A DNA stretch of 64,000 bases, taken from a virus. The stretch covers positions 1 to 64,000 of IMG/VR virus record IMGVR_UViG_3300050821_001227; one strand, given 5' to 3'. Position numbers and translations under genes: made by a program. This document shows, piece by piece, positions 1 through 10,715 of this stretch. The notes under the pieces are model-generated. The model had not been told where the DNA came from. It was given only the letters and a program-made list of their open reading frames with translations, and ran no database searches. The stretch's first letter is position 1. Each line of letters opens with the position of its first letter.

Positions 1-682
1 GTTTGCTTCGATGCCGTCTTCCTCATGACCTATCCCATGCGTTAGCGGGGAGTCAGTCGATTCAAAGGACATGAGCGGGTCAACGTCCAGAAGTTGTGAC
101 GGCATCTAAGTAAACCGTGCAGCGTGTGGGACAAGTGTTAGGAGCCCGCCCAGTACGTCACCTCTGCGAAGTCTCTTCTCAGATGGTGATGACGTTACGC
201 TGCACGATATCGGAAAAATTTTGGTTGGCTTGGATTTGACCGCGCGGCCCGTGCGTCCGCTTCGTGTCTCGTTTTCTTGGCCTACGATTGTTAGCCCGTG
301 TACTCACTGGTTGTGCGCACATTACTTAGTCCATGCCCGTTCTAATTCTTTGTGCCTTGCGGACCGGAAGAATCGGCAGAGGTGCAGATGCGCGCCAGCT
401 TTCTACTATCGCCTTCAGGATGAATGCGGCCTGATGTCCGTTTATCTATCGGTCCAGATTGACCAGCGGAGCGGTACGGCGTGCTCTACGCGGTATGTCT
501 GGCTAGTTTGGCTGTGCTCTGCGGTTCGTCACCGTTGGCGGGTTTGGCCCTACATCGCTGCTTGGGGACTTGCGCTCTGATCTTGCCCCTATGGCCCGCC
601 GTGTCACTTGGCCCTTGCTACTTCCGGTGTCGGATGCCCATGTACTCGGTCAGGCTTTAGACTCTCACCGTGTAACAACATC

Positions 683-710
683 AGAATAGCACAAGGGAAA
701 AGCAATGCAA
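683..710 (-). promoter_or_regulatory. sigma70-type promoter firing leftwards
   Basis: TTGCAT-16 bp-TATTCT with extended TG on the - strand. Confidence 0.55.
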
Positions 711-764
711 GGAAAATCGTACGCATAGACGAAGTCTTTGGTTATCATTCTTTAGTAATGTTAC

Positions 765-793
765 TTGACTTGTTACCAAGGTCCTGTTATACT
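765..793 (+). promoter_or_regulatory. sigma70-type promoter
   Basis: TTGACT-17 bp-TATACT with extended TGn; ATG at 804. Confidence 0.75.
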
Positions 794-803
794 GCCAATA
801 GCT

Positions 804-1022
804 ATGAAAACAATAGAACTTAACAAAGGATATATTGTCTTGGTTGACGATGCTGATTACCAATGGGCTAGTCAGTTTGTTTGGAGAGCTATCGTGCGCC
901 GTCGCAAAGATGGCAGCATTCGCACCGTGTATGTTGCGCGAACTGAAGACGCACTGAAGTGCAGGCAGCACTCGCCTACGATAAGGCTGCACGCAAATAC
1001 TTTGGTGATTTTGCGCTATTGA
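804..1022 (+). pseudogene. truncated HNH/AP2-type endonuclease N-terminus
   Basis: MKTIELNKGYIVLVDDADYQWASQFVW resembles the usual N-terminus of phage HNH-AP2 endonucleases; stops before any HNH motif. Confidence 0.55.
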
Positions 1023-2538
1023 ATTTCCCGCAAGTCTCCTGAATACACCAGCACTCTGCATTTTCGAGTGCGCCCGTCCGCTGTGCGCTTCGAATGATGA
1101 CGCCAGACGCGCACAAAGATGGGATGCGGCCAGTCGGGCACGACCAGTGCAGCGAGTGAACGAACACGCGCCCATGCGCCCGCGCGGCTATAACCAACAT
1201 CATCTGTCCATGGCGTGCTGTCGTGCTCCTGAATCACAACGTCATATTGTGCTGTGTTCATGCGGGTTTGCGCTCCCATCGCTTTCTATTGTGGCGGGGA
1301 ACTGGGAAGCGCAGACGATACGCGGCCAGCATGTTGGATAGCTCACCAAACACACGCGCGCGCGCCACTCGTGCGCGCCTATCTCATGCGCCAGTGCTTG
1401 CTGGTATCGCGTGTGATCGTCGCGTGTGAATGCATGGCGCACGGCCACGCCGTAATAGAAGTTCGACATGGTTCGAGTCTATCACGTCAATGGCACTAAA
1501 GTCTAGGAAGAACAGAAAGCGAAAGGCAGGATCGTGCGTCCAGACAGACGCGGCCACCGTGCGGCGAATCATAAGCGAATGTCCGCAGATAGTGCGGAGA
1601 ATAGAACACGAAGGCCGCAGGGCACGTGTAATGGCAGGGCGAAGATTCGGCGTATTTAAGACGCTGTGCAAACTCGGCCAACATGGGACGAGTCTAACAG
1701 ACGAGCGAAGGGAATGCGTATGGCTGCGTGTTTTCTTCGCTGTCGTGTAATGCGCGTATCCAAGACGCAGGCGAATGAATGGCGTAATGCACAGGGCATA
1801 CCCCAGTAGCGTATCGCGTACGCTTGCGTGTTCTCTTCGCTACACCAATGGGCTAGGCTCTGCTAGGCGACGAAGAAAACACGAACATTACGCGCACCTT
1901 GGTACAAAATAGCATATTGTACCAGCCCTATGCTACATTTGGGCTGTACTTTCAACAACATGCGCCTGTCAATACCACTTTGGTGTGGGTAATGAGCACG
2001 GTCGGCGATTGTTCGCCCCACGAAGCTGCCAGTGAACTGGGTAACCTGTTGAAAAGGAGTCTCTTACTGCGGGTGGTGGCGACCCCGTCGCCCGAGGGGT
2101 TCCCCGGTGACCACCCTTCGACCTGTCGCGTGGCCTAGCCGCCGTGGAAAGGGTGTCACCTCCCGCCTTTCATTACACGTACATAGGGGTGGTCTACCTC
2201 CCTGCGTCCGCCTGCGCTTCAGCGGTCTGTTCAGGTACCATGCCAGACACCCAACCAGCTTGCTGTAACCTGTTCACGCTCCGTGAACGCGCCAGAATGC
2301 TGAACGCCGCGCACCAGCCTTCCCGTACGGGCACATTCTGACCTCAGTGCCCTCCAGTGGCTTCGATTGTTCCCGTGCGGTAATAGAGCCCCGTAGGGCC
2401 GATTTGGCATAGAGGCCGATCCGTGGTAGCTTGGGTAATGAGGATTTACGAGCTCTCAAAAGCCGGGTTAGAACGGATGATTCGTCCAGCTAGACGCAGG
2501 AGGTATCAGTACAAGTTGGAGGCATTGTCAGAAAGATG

Positions 2539-2567
2539 TTGCATTCTTCTTACAAAGGTGGTACGAT
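2539..2567 (+). promoter_or_regulatory. sigma70-type promoter, leaderless transcript
   Basis: TTGCAT-17 bp-TACGAT, ATG 6 nt later, no SD. Confidence 0.65.
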
Positions 2568-2573
2568 CACATC

Positions 2574-3083
2574 ATGAAATGCGATAAGGTCGATTTCCAG
2601 TTCCGTGGTGGTGATGGCACGCCGGGTAGTGGAGTTGCCCGCCTGCTGTCCAACATGACACTCTCTTATGAATATGGCGATGGTCTGAACAAGACCACGG
2701 TCGTGGCCGATCTGGGTTCCCTGATCCGCGAACTCGCCCTGAAGGTAGATGATCTGTCGAGACGGACGAAACCTGTTACCCGGCCTACACTCGACGACCT
2801 GAACCGTGAGAACGGCGTGTCCATAATGACGGCGGTTCCTCCGGTGCACGTCCGCGATCTGAAGGTCCGGCAGTGGCTCCAGTCGATGAACGTCCCGTTC
2901 GGTGTCCCGGTCACCGTCCAGTTCGTGGACGACCTGCATTCGCGGTTCGACAGAAACCCTGACGCCACGGAGTCGTTCCGTCGCGGAGAACAAGTCGTGC
3001 GGCCACTGACCGCCGAACAATACGACAACTGCGACTGCTTCAGCATGGGCGTTCACAACTGCCCGGTGCACAAAGGACGATAG
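2574..3083 (+). CDS. hypothetical protein
   Basis: 169 aa ORF directly after promoter, first of a tightly coupled run. Confidence 0.7.
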   Translation: MKCDKVDFQFRGGDGTPGSGVARLLSNMTLSYEYGDGLNKTTVVADLGSLIRELALKVDDLSRRTKPVTRPTLDDLNRENGVSIMTAVPPVHVRDLKVRQWLQSMNVPFGVPVTVQFVDDLHSRFDRNPDATESFRRGEQVVRPLTAEQYDNCDCFSMGVHNCPVHKGR

Positions 3084-3283
3084 TGGAAGCCAGCATACCA
3101 ATCAGCGTCGAGTTCACGGATTCAAAGCAACATACGCATGTGTACTCGTTCACGGTCTACGTGGTGCCCGAAGTCGGCAGCCATGTCACCATCAACCACA
3201 CCCGGTACAAGGTACTCGATGTGGTACACAATCTCGACCGTGAGACCATCACCCTCTGCACCGAAAGGATCAAAGAGCAATGA
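3083..3283 (+). CDS. hypothetical protein
   Basis: 66 aa, stop/start overlaps on both sides. Confidence 0.65.
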   Translation: MEASIPISVEFTDSKQHTHVYSFTVYVVPEVGSHVTINHTRYKVLDVVHNLDRETITLCTERIKEQ

Positions 3284-3537
3284 GATTGACCTTGTCATAC
3301 GATCAGCGGCCCAACATCGTCCCGATCCGCGCAATGAAGCTGAACACGCTCGGCATCGTTGACTCCGGAGAGTTCGTAGGAGAACTGATCTACTGCGACG
3401 TGTCCGGCTGGCACAGCCTGACTGAAGGTCGATGGTGGCCCGCAGCGCCGTATAGCGGCAGCGGTACCGCCTACGTTCCCGATCTGCCCATCCGTCTGTT
3501 GAAGGATGGCGACTGCCTGACCGTGGAGGTGAAATGA
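3280..3537 (+). CDS. hypothetical protein
   Basis: ATGA overlap, 85 aa. Confidence 0.6.
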   Translation: MRLTLSYDQRPNIVPIRAMKLNTLGIVDSGEFVGELIYCDVSGWHSLTEGRWWPAAPYSGSGTAYVPDLPIRLLKDGDCLTVEVK

Positions 3538-3867
3538 AAAAACTACTTGGCTGGTCAATAATCTCAACCATGGCTGGTGCCGGATTATATATGATGCTGG
3601 TGTCTATCGGCATCAAAGGGACGCTAGTCGTGATCGGTGGCACGGTCGGCATTATCGGCTTGCTCGTCGTTTCCATTCTGCTCGTCACGGGTGACTTGTG
3701 ATCTTCTACCTGTTTGAACTACTCGTAGGTCTAGCCATGGTCCTTGCGCTCAGTGCGATCATGTGGTACGCGGGCGCTTACATACTCATGGCTGCATTCG
3801 TCGCTGCCGTGCTCTACGCGATTCGGGAGTTAGGAAGCGTTGTTGTCGCCACATGGAGAAATAAACC

Positions 3868-4212
3868 ATGATCGTCCGATACATCGTCGAGAGACTTATG
3901 AACAACACGTGGGCGCAAGTCAAGGAACTCCCGTACAACGTCGGCAGTTCTGTGCGGGCGCACGAATTGATGGCTGGCGCTGCGTTGCGCTATCCTACAA
4001 ATCTGCATCGCGTGTCGCCGTTCTGGATGACGGTTGAAGAGTTTGCTACTCAGGAGCACACCCAGAAGCTAGAACGCATCTGTGACGACATCCTGCGCCA
4101 AGTAGTCTGCGGCTGCGGCTGTTATCGTCACCATGGAGTAGGCTGGATGCCGGAAGGCTCTGGCGAAGGCTTGAGCGTGGCCGTGGAGATTCTGAGGAAG
4201 GCCGGATTGTGA
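3868..4212 (+). CDS. hypothetical protein
   Basis: GGAG SD, 114 aa. Confidence 0.6.
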   Translation: MIVRYIVERLMNNTWAQVKELPYNVGSSVRAHELMAGAALRYPTNLHRVSPFWMTVEEFATQEHTQKLERICDDILRQVVCGCGCYRHHGVGWMPEGSGEGLSVAVEILRKAGL

Positions 4213-4451
4213 CGTGCCCTACCTGCGGCAGTTCCGACCCCGACGTATTCCTGCCTCTCGTGTTGCCCGTACACGAGGTGCAGCCCCGTTCAAGGGTGAT
4301 GCCGCCGACCCAAGCGACTTTGCTGTGTGATAATCCGTGGCATGAGAACCGTATCGAGGTTCGTAAATCTACCTCGAAGTCCGGAGAAGCCGCTGCGCGG
4401 CAGACCACGACCTTTTGGCCATCGGGTTTCACGGTACACTACAATGCCTAA
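4209..4451 (+). CDS. small CxxC protein
   Basis: GTGA overlap, MTCPTCGS...CDNPWH. Confidence 0.55.
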   Translation: MTCPTCGSSDPDVFLPLVLPVHEVQPRSRVMPPTQATLLCDNPWHENRIEVRKSTSKSGEAAARQTTTFWPSGFTVHYNA

Positions 4452-4878
4452 ACCTAAATTCAATCCGACGTACTTCCCTGAACTGCTGAAGCGGGTGTAC
4501 CGCCGCACAACGATGAAGCAGGCTGCAAAGATTCTGCGCGAGAAGAACTTCCATCGCAGCTTTGACGCCATCGCAATCACGGGCGTATCGGGCGCTCTGT
4601 TCGGCATCCCACTGGCATACATGCTCGGCAAGGAACTAATCATCATCCGCAAAGCTGAGAAACGCCATGGCGGACGTATCGGTCCGGGCGGGTACCTGCT
4701 CGGCATGAGGAACGCTCGGCGCTATATCATTGTGGACGACCTATCCGAATCCGGACGCACCCTGAAGTTCATTCGTCGATCTGTACGCAAGGTGACGCCG
4801 CGTGCTCAATGTATCGGCGTACTGTTGTCGCGACGGATGGACGAAGGTATTCTGACATTCAAAGAGGCAATCAGTTAA
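4444..4878 (+). CDS. type I phosphoribosyltransferase
   Basis: PRPP-binding motif IIVDDLSESGRT plus IIIRK loop. Confidence 0.8.
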   Translation: MPKPKFNPTYFPELLKRVYRRTTMKQAAKILREKNFHRSFDAIAITGVSGALFGIPLAYMLGKELIIIRKAEKRHGGRIGPGGYLLGMRNARRYIIVDDLSESGRTLKFIRRSVRKVTPRAQCIGVLLSRRMDEGILTFKEAIS

Positions 4879-4888
4879 AGGAGGCATC

Positions 4889-5098
4889 ATGGCGGCAAAC
4901 GATTTGAAGATCGAAATAACCGAAGAAGTGGCGACATCAACGACCCTCAACCGTGGCACCGAAGCGATCCTGACAGAGGATATGCTGACCGCTGCCGCGA
5001 CTCTCGTAGCCAGCGGCAATTACAGCGCTAAGGCTGCAATTAACATGGTCATGCAACTGAATGATCTGCTGGCTGAACGAACAAAGAGAACATACTAG
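4889..5098 (+). CDS. hypothetical protein
   Basis: AGGAGG SD, 69 aa. Confidence 0.65.
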   Translation: MAANDLKIEITEEVATSTTLNRGTEAILTEDMLTAAATLVASGNYSAKAAINMVMQLNDLLAERTKRTY

Positions 5099-5689
5099 AT
5101 GATCGACTCATTCGACCTGTCAAAGCCATGGACGCAGAAGACGATTGAGGAGTGGTTCCTGTTCGGTATCTGCGTAGCTGGGAAGGGCGCACGGCAGACA
5201 CAAACCAAGCTGGGCAACTTTCTCGACGATCTGCAATTCCACTACTGCAAACGCTCACCATTTGAACTTGTCAAGGTCGCGGTCAACAACGGCACACTGT
5301 TAGCGATGCTTCAGAAGCACAAGATGGGTCAATACGCCCGCATCAAGAAAGCATTCGAGGGCATGATCCAAATCAATCCGCGCAAGGTCACTCTCGAACA
5401 ACTCGAAGCCATTCATGGAGTAGGCCCAAAGACCGCCCGAATGCTTCTGCTCTACACGCGTCCCAGTCTCGAAGTAATCCCGCTCGATACACACATCTTG
5501 AAATGGCTCAGGGCGCACGGATACAATGCTCCTAAGTCCACGCCGTCAGCAGGACCGAAGTACCGTGAATTGGAACTGGCATTCATCAAAGAAGGTCGGA
5601 AACGGAAACTGAGCCCGAAGGAATGGGACACGATTGTTTGGAAACATTACGCAGAAAGAAAGGAATCAAATGAAGCACGAACCGCTTGA
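5099..5689 (+). CDS. HhH-GPD superfamily DNA glycosylase (Ogg-like)
   Basis: HhH LEAIHGVGPKTARM followed by catalytic-Asp motif IPLDTHILKWL. Confidence 0.8.
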   Translation: MIDSFDLSKPWTQKTIEEWFLFGICVAGKGARQTQTKLGNFLDDLQFHYCKRSPFELVKVAVNNGTLLAMLQKHKMGQYARIKKAFEGMIQINPRKVTLEQLEAIHGVGPKTARMLLLYTRPSLEVIPLDTHILKWLRAHGYNAPKSTPSAGPKYRELELAFIKEGRKRKLSPKEWDTIVWKHYAERKESNEARTA

Positions 5690-5843
5690 TCCGCAATTCG
5701 CAGAACCGCCGTTTCAACCGATAACGGCAGAAGCTGCCCGTACCAGTGACGGGCTTGTGTGGTGGCGTCCCGATGGCGTCCTCACGTTGGACAACCCAGA
5801 CAAAGATTTAGTTCTGGTTCGACGCGGCTAGTCGGCACTTCGA

Positions 5844-5877
5844 GCACGGGCACTCAGAACGGGTGTCCGTGTTTTTG
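5844..5877 (+). terminator. intrinsic terminator between convergent blocks
   Basis: GCACGGGCACTC-agaac-GGGTGTCCGTGT then T-tract. Confidence 0.7.
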
Positions 5878-5984
5878 TCTATACACTTCTTCAGTGTCGC
5901 AGCCTGTTCGGCTGTTAGTGGAACACCAATCATCTCGGCGATGATCCTCTTGAACTCCGCTTCTGTAACTGCCATAAGTCCTCC

Positions 5985-6371
5985 TTACCAACTGAACGGC
6001 GACCTGCTGGGATGGAAATGGTAAAGCCTCTCCGATTCCTGCTTGATGCGAACCTCATTACGCTTTAGGTCGTCCTCTGCTCGTAGATAACGTTCTCGCA
6101 ATTCCGCAGCGGCTTTGGTATCCGCTACCTCCATAGCGGAACGGTACGCTTCACGTATGATGTTCCACTGGATACGCGCCTGATTCTCGTAGTCCGAGAC
6201 AGTGGTTTGCGGCAAAGGTCGCAGGTCTGACATCTTCATGTGCCGAGTTACTGTTATGCGGAATCCGTCGATGCGCTCAATGTACAGTATGACGCTGTCC
6301 GCTGCCTCACCGATGCGCTTCCATTGCGCCCGCTGATTGGTTATCGTTGGCGGATTATACGGCTTCGTCAT
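5985..6371 (-). CDS. hypothetical protein
   Basis: ORF from MTKPY, follows fcl. Confidence 0.55.
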   Translation of the reverse strand: MTKPYNPPTITNQRAQWKRIGEAADSVILYIERIDGFRITVTRHMKMSDLRPLPQTTVSDYENQARIQWNIIREAYRSAMEVADTKAAAELRERYLRAEDDLKRNEVRIKQESERLYHFHPSRSPFSW

Positions 6372-7293
6372 CACAGTCTCGATACCAAGCAATTGTATTG
6401 TCAAGCCCAGTGGACAGATCAGTCTCGGCGAAGAAACCGAACTCTGTGGCGCGGGTAACATCGAGGCAGCGCAAGGGCTGCCCGTCTGGCTGTGTGGTGT
6501 CGAACACCAAGCGGCCTGTGAACTTCATCTTACTGGCGATTAGTTCAGCCAGCGCCCGAATAGATATGGTCTGCCCAATGCCTAAGTTGATGGGCTCAGG
6601 AGAATCGTATTTCTCTGCCGCCAGCACAATACCTCTGGCTGCGTCATCGACGTACAGGAACTCTCGAAATGCATTACCGCTGCCCCAGAGCACGACCTCA
6701 TCTTTGCCTGCGATTTTTGCCATTAAGAGTTTCTTGATGAGCGCCGGGATGACATGTGAACTATCGTCATTGAAGTTATCACCCGGTCCGTAAAGGTTGA
6801 CGGGCAATATGTGGATACTGTTCAAGCCCCATTGCTGACGGTACGCATTGCCCATGACGAGCAACGCGCGCTTTGCGATTCCATAGGGCGCGTTGGTTTC
6901 TTCTGGGTAACCGTTCCACAAGTTGGTCTCCACAAACGGCGTGGGCGTGTGTTTCGGGTATTCGCACACCGTGCCCAATTGTACGAACTTCTTGACACCA
7001 AAACGCACAGCGCCATGAATCAAATTCAAACCCATGGCCATGTTATCGTAGAATAAGTCGGCAGGCTTGGCTTTATTCAAACCGATGCCACCGCAGTGCG
7101 CTGCGCAGTGGATGATTACATCAACGGGATTCCAGCGCATGAGGTTGTTAACCTGCTCCGGGTCGCGCAGATCGAACATTGAGTGCGTGGGCACGATGAC
7201 ATGCTTGTACCCTTTGCGGGTCAGTTCCTTGTAGATGTTTTGACCCAGAAAGCCATGACCGCCTGTTAGCAGGATTCGTGATTCTGTGTTCAT
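6355..7293 (-). CDS. fcl: GDP-L-fucose synthase
   Basis: [45 protein letters not shown]; ATGA overlap with gmd. Confidence 0.93.
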   Translation of the reverse strand: MNTESRILLTGGHGFLGQNIYKELTRKGYKHVIVPTHSMFDLRDPEQVNNLMRWNPVDVIIHCAAHCGGIGLNKAKPADLFYDNMAMGLNLIHGAVRFGVKKFVQLGTVCEYPKHTPTPFVETNLWNGYPEETNAPYGIAKRALLVMGNAYRQQWGLNSIHILPVNLYGPGDNFNDDSSHVIPALIKKLLMAKIAGKDEVVLWGSGNAFREFLYVDDAARGIVLAAEKYDSPEPINLGIGQTISIRALAELIASKMKFTGRLVFDTTQPDGQPLRCLDVTRATEFGFFAETDLSTGLDNTIAWYRDCDDEAV

Positions 7294-8243
7294 TGCCAGT
7301 CCCATCTCCGTTCGCTGTCCACCATGATGCGAACTAAATCTTTGAACGTTGTCTGCGGAGTCCATCCCAAAATCTTCTTGGCTTTTGAGGCATCCCCGAG
7401 AAGGTAGTCCACCTCAGTTGGACGGAAGTATCGCGGGTCAATTGTTACATGCGGCTCCCATTCCATGTCGAGATACGCAGCGGCCTCATTCAGGAAGTCC
7501 CGCACCGTGTGGGACTCGCCTGTGGCAATCACGAAGTCTTCGGGTTTGTCGATCTGCAACATGCGCCACATCGCATTTACGTATTCTTTTGCGTAGCCCC
7601 AGTCGCGCTTCGCATCCAAATTGCCTAGCGCAAACGTGCCATGCCCGGCAGTCTTGATCTTGACAAGTTCCCGAACGATCTTCTTGGTGACGAAGTCATC
7701 GCCGCGTCGAGGACTCTCGTGGTTGAACAGTATGCCGTTACATGCGAACATGCCGCTCTCGCGATAGTTGACAACGGTCCAATAGGCGAACAGTTTGGCG
7801 ATGCCGTAAGGGCTGCGCGGGTAGAACGGTGTCTGCTCATTCTGTGGAACCTCCGCGATGCCGTATAGTTCACTCGTGCTGGCCTGATAGAAGCGCGGGT
7901 TGCTGCCGCACATGCGGGAAGCTTCCAGCAGACGCAGAGTTCCCAGAGCATCCGTGTTTGCGGTATACTCGGGGTTCTCAAAACTTGTACGTACGTGGCT
8001 TTGAGCCGCAAGGTTGTACACTTCGTCAGGCTGCACAGATTTAAGAACGTTGACCAGAGAACCAGAATCCGTCATGTCGCCGTCGTGGAAGGTGAGCCTG
8101 TCCTTGATGTGGTCGATGCGGCTGGTGCTCGATGTGCTGGTGCGCCGAACAAGCCCGTGCACGTTGTACCCTTTTTCAAGCAGGAGTTCGGACAAGTATG
8201 ATCCGTCCTGTCCCGTTATCCCTGTTATGAGTGCTGTCTTCAC
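7290..8243 (-). CDS. gmd: GDP-mannose 4,6-dehydratase
   Basis: [49 protein letters not shown]. Confidence 0.96.
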   Translation of the reverse strand: MKTALITGITGQDGSYLSELLLEKGYNVHGLVRRTSTSSTSRIDHIKDRLTFHDGDMTDSGSLVNVLKSVQPDEVYNLAAQSHVRTSFENPEYTANTDALGTLRLLEASRMCGSNPRFYQASTSELYGIAEVPQNEQTPFYPRSPYGIAKLFAYWTVVNYRESGMFACNGILFNHESPRRGDDFVTKKIVRELVKIKTAGHGTFALGNLDAKRDWGYAKEYVNAMWRMLQIDKPEDFVIATGESHTVRDFLNEAAAYLDMEWEPHVTIDPRYFRPTEVDYLLGDASKAKKILGWTPQTTFKDLVRIMVDSERRWDWQ

Positions 8244-8974
8244 GCTGTCCTTTCCGCCGAGTACAACTCGGGATGATTCCGCCGTATCGCGGCCTGCAAA
8301 AGTGCATCGTAGTTCTTGCACTCCGTGACCATGGACACGGTCTTGATGCGATAGTGAAACAACGGCTCATTGACAACACTGACCGACCACCCACGCTTCA
8401 TGATGGAGAGCCATAGATTCCAGTCTTCATACCCCGGCGCAAAGCGTCTGCCATCTACGTCGATCACTAGCGGCTGATATCCGTCCGTCTGTTCGAACGC
8501 CGTACGGCGAATCAGGGAACACACGGGAATGCCATTCACCAGCATCTCAACTTCCAGAGTGATCCCGGTCGGAGGCACCTTCTCGTGTCTTGTTCCGAAG
8601 TATACCATATCCGTCGATACAATGCCAACCTTTTGATTGATCATCCGGGGCACCGTCGTTTCGAGGTAGTCGGCGTCGATGTAGTCATCGGCGTCAAGTG
8701 GAAGAATGAACTCCCCATCGCACGCAGTGATCCCGACATTACGGGCTGCCGATAGTCCGCCATTGACTTGTGAGATTAGTTTGATTCGGCCTTCTTTGTT
8801 GTTCGCAGCAATGAAGTCCAGCGCGACACTTGCCGACTGATCCGTCGATCCGTCGTTCACCACGGTCACTGTGAAGTTCCGATAGGATTGAACGACGACC
8901 GACCGTAAGCAGTCGATGATGTACGGCGCTTGATTGTACAACGGAATTACGATGTTTACTTGGCCTTTATTCAT
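8240..8974 (-). CDS. GT2 family glycosyltransferase
   Basis: IVIPLYN, VNDGSTD, SAARNVG, LDADD, YEDW. Confidence 0.9.
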   Translation of the reverse strand: MNKGQVNIVIPLYNQAPYIIDCLRSVVVQSYRNFTVTVVNDGSTDQSASVALDFIAANNKEGRIKLISQVNGGLSAARNVGITACDGEFILPLDADDYIDADYLETTVPRMINQKVGIVSTDMVYFGTRHEKVPPTGITLEVEMLVNGIPVCSLIRRTAFEQTDGYQPLVIDVDGRRFAPGYEDWNLWLSIMKRGWSVSVVNEPLFHYRIKTVSMVTECKNYDALLQAAIRRNHPELYSAERTA

Positions 8975-8976
8975 AG

Positions 8977-9774
8977 CTACCTCAGATTCAACTTGCGCCA
9001 TAGCCACAGGGACTTCGCGGCGTGGTAGTCGTCCGACCGCGCATTCCAATTTGATCCCGTTCGATAGTGTACGAATTTCTCAATACCTTCGAAGCGCTCG
9101 GTTTCGTAGTCGGCAGGTCGGAACCCAGAAGCATCGTCGAACTCGGTGTAGTTCGGCTGAATGCGCAGCTTGGGAATCTCCGGATGTGCAGCGAGATAGT
9201 TGTGCGTCTGACCACCCACGTCCACAGCCGTGCCGTTGATCTTTCCACACCACCAGTCGATCTTATCCACTTCCGGCAACTTGGACAGATCGAGAACGGC
9301 CAGCGCGTCCCACATGTACTCAATGCCTCCCGGCCTTCCCTGAGCAATGAAGCATATCGGCGCGCGCTCAAGATAGTTGGATGGCCAAAATGGATCGGAC
9401 AGGAACATGTCCGAGTGGAGGATGCAGACGGGGTTCTGATTTTTGCTGATAAAATTTTCCCATGCCCAGCACCACGGGTAAGCTGCCGCTACGTTGGCGT
9501 TGTAATACGTCCCGTTCGCGTTGAATATCTTTTCTCCCCGGCGCTGCTCTTGCGTGATGTCGTGCTGTACGTCGATCACGTTGATCCCAAGTTCTCCACA
9601 TTTCTCGGCGATCCTTCTGTGACCCTCGGTATCGCGGATGCCGCCCAGTCCCGACATATCGGCATTATTGAACACAGTGAATTCGTACGACTCTCGCATA
9701 TGCTTTTGGAAAGCCATGCACTGTAGCTGAATGAAGTCGGGACGATTGCACGACACGGTGTAGAAGGAAATCAT
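8977..9774 (-). CDS. putative GT-A glycosyltransferase
   Basis: ILHSDMF (xxD motif), DVGG, HYR; inside GT cluster. Confidence 0.55.
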   Translation of the reverse strand: MISFYTVSCNRPDFIQLQCMAFQKHMRESYEFTVFNNADMSGLGGIRDTEGHRRIAEKCGELGINVIDVQHDITQEQRRGEKIFNANGTYYNANVAAAYPWCWAWENFISKNQNPVCILHSDMFLSDPFWPSNYLERAPICFIAQGRPGGIEYMWDALAVLDLSKLPEVDKIDWWCGKINGTAVDVGGQTHNYLAAHPEIPKLRIQPNYTEFDDASGFRPADYETERFEGIEKFVHYRTGSNWNARSDDYHAAKSLWLWRKLNLR

Positions 9775-10715
9775 TTGTTCTCCAAGATACGAACCGCGTG
9801 CTCAATCGCCGCGATCTTGTTCAGGTACGTGTGCTTGGTTGCGACTTCGTCCATCAGTGCGTGCAGTTCAGAAACGGGAGTGACCTGCAACCGTTCGAGC
9901 GCGTCGTAGAACAGGCGATACGGGTCCGGATTGTAGATCAGTTTGCCGCCGAACAACTCGTTCGCGAAACGGGAATGCGTGATCCCGAACTGTCCATAAC
10001 TAATATTCTTGAACAGGCGACAGGGGACGTACCCGGACTGAACCTGATCCATGCGCTGAAGCGTAGGAGCCATGTACGACTCTTTGATGAGGCGAACATT
10101 GTCATCAACGCTCACGACCTGATTGTGGCCTTCGTGTCCCGCGTAGCAACCTCCGTAGCCGACGAACTGGATGCCCTGCGCCTCGGCTGCCTGCCGGAAG
10201 CGACCGATGATGGCCTTGTTTGAAGGATCAATCGTGCCGATGTAGTTGATGACCTTGCTGTCCGAATTAAACGTACGTGCAGGCTTGTTAGCTTCAATCT
10301 CGTTTGGCAGCAAGTCTGTTCCCCAACGGAATGACATAGATTTGCTGTTCGCGTCGAACCAAATCTCTGGACCGATCTGCGGCACGTCGCCGTAGGTGTT
10401 GGTCGAAATGTGCACACCGAAGTTGACCACTCGCGTCATTCCCGGCCCGGTAAACAACTCTCGCACGTCGCTGCCGTTGTGGATGAAGTAGTAGCACTCC
10501 TTGGATAAAGGGATGCCGCCAACAACACAGTTCATGGTTAGGAACAGCGTGTTCCCCATGTCGAGTTGTGACAGGTCATCTCCGTCGTCAAGCCACACGG
10601 CCCGCTTGCCCTGATACTCCAGCGCACGTAAGAAAGCGTCATGGATATGGCCGTACGTGTTGTAGGGTCGCTTGGCTCCCCACATCACCCATTGACAGGT
10701 GTTGATGTCAAACAT
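9771..10715 (-). CDS. putative glycosyltransferase (GT-B-like C-terminus)
   Basis: YVPCRLFKNISYG...HTYLNKI; inside GT cluster. Confidence 0.55.
   Translation of the reverse strand: MFDINTCQWVMWGAKRPYNTYGHIHDAFLRALEYQGKRAVWLDDGDDLSQLDMGNTLFLTMNCVVGGIPLSKECYYFIHNGSDVRELFTGPGMTRVVNFGVHISTNTYGDVPQIGPEIWFDANSKSMSFRWGTDLLPNEIEANKPARTFNSDSKVINYIGTIDPSNKAIIGRFRQAAEAQGIQFVGYGGCYAGHEGHNQVVSVDDNVRLIKESYMAPTLQRMDQVQSGYVPCRLFKNISYGQFGITHSRFANELFGGKLIYNPDPYRLFYDALERLQVTPVSELHALMDEVATKHTYLNKIAAIEHAVRILENK

Noticed and set aside
116-206. Hammerhead ribozyme
   Set aside because: The CUGANGA and GAAA core is not present in the required arrangement.
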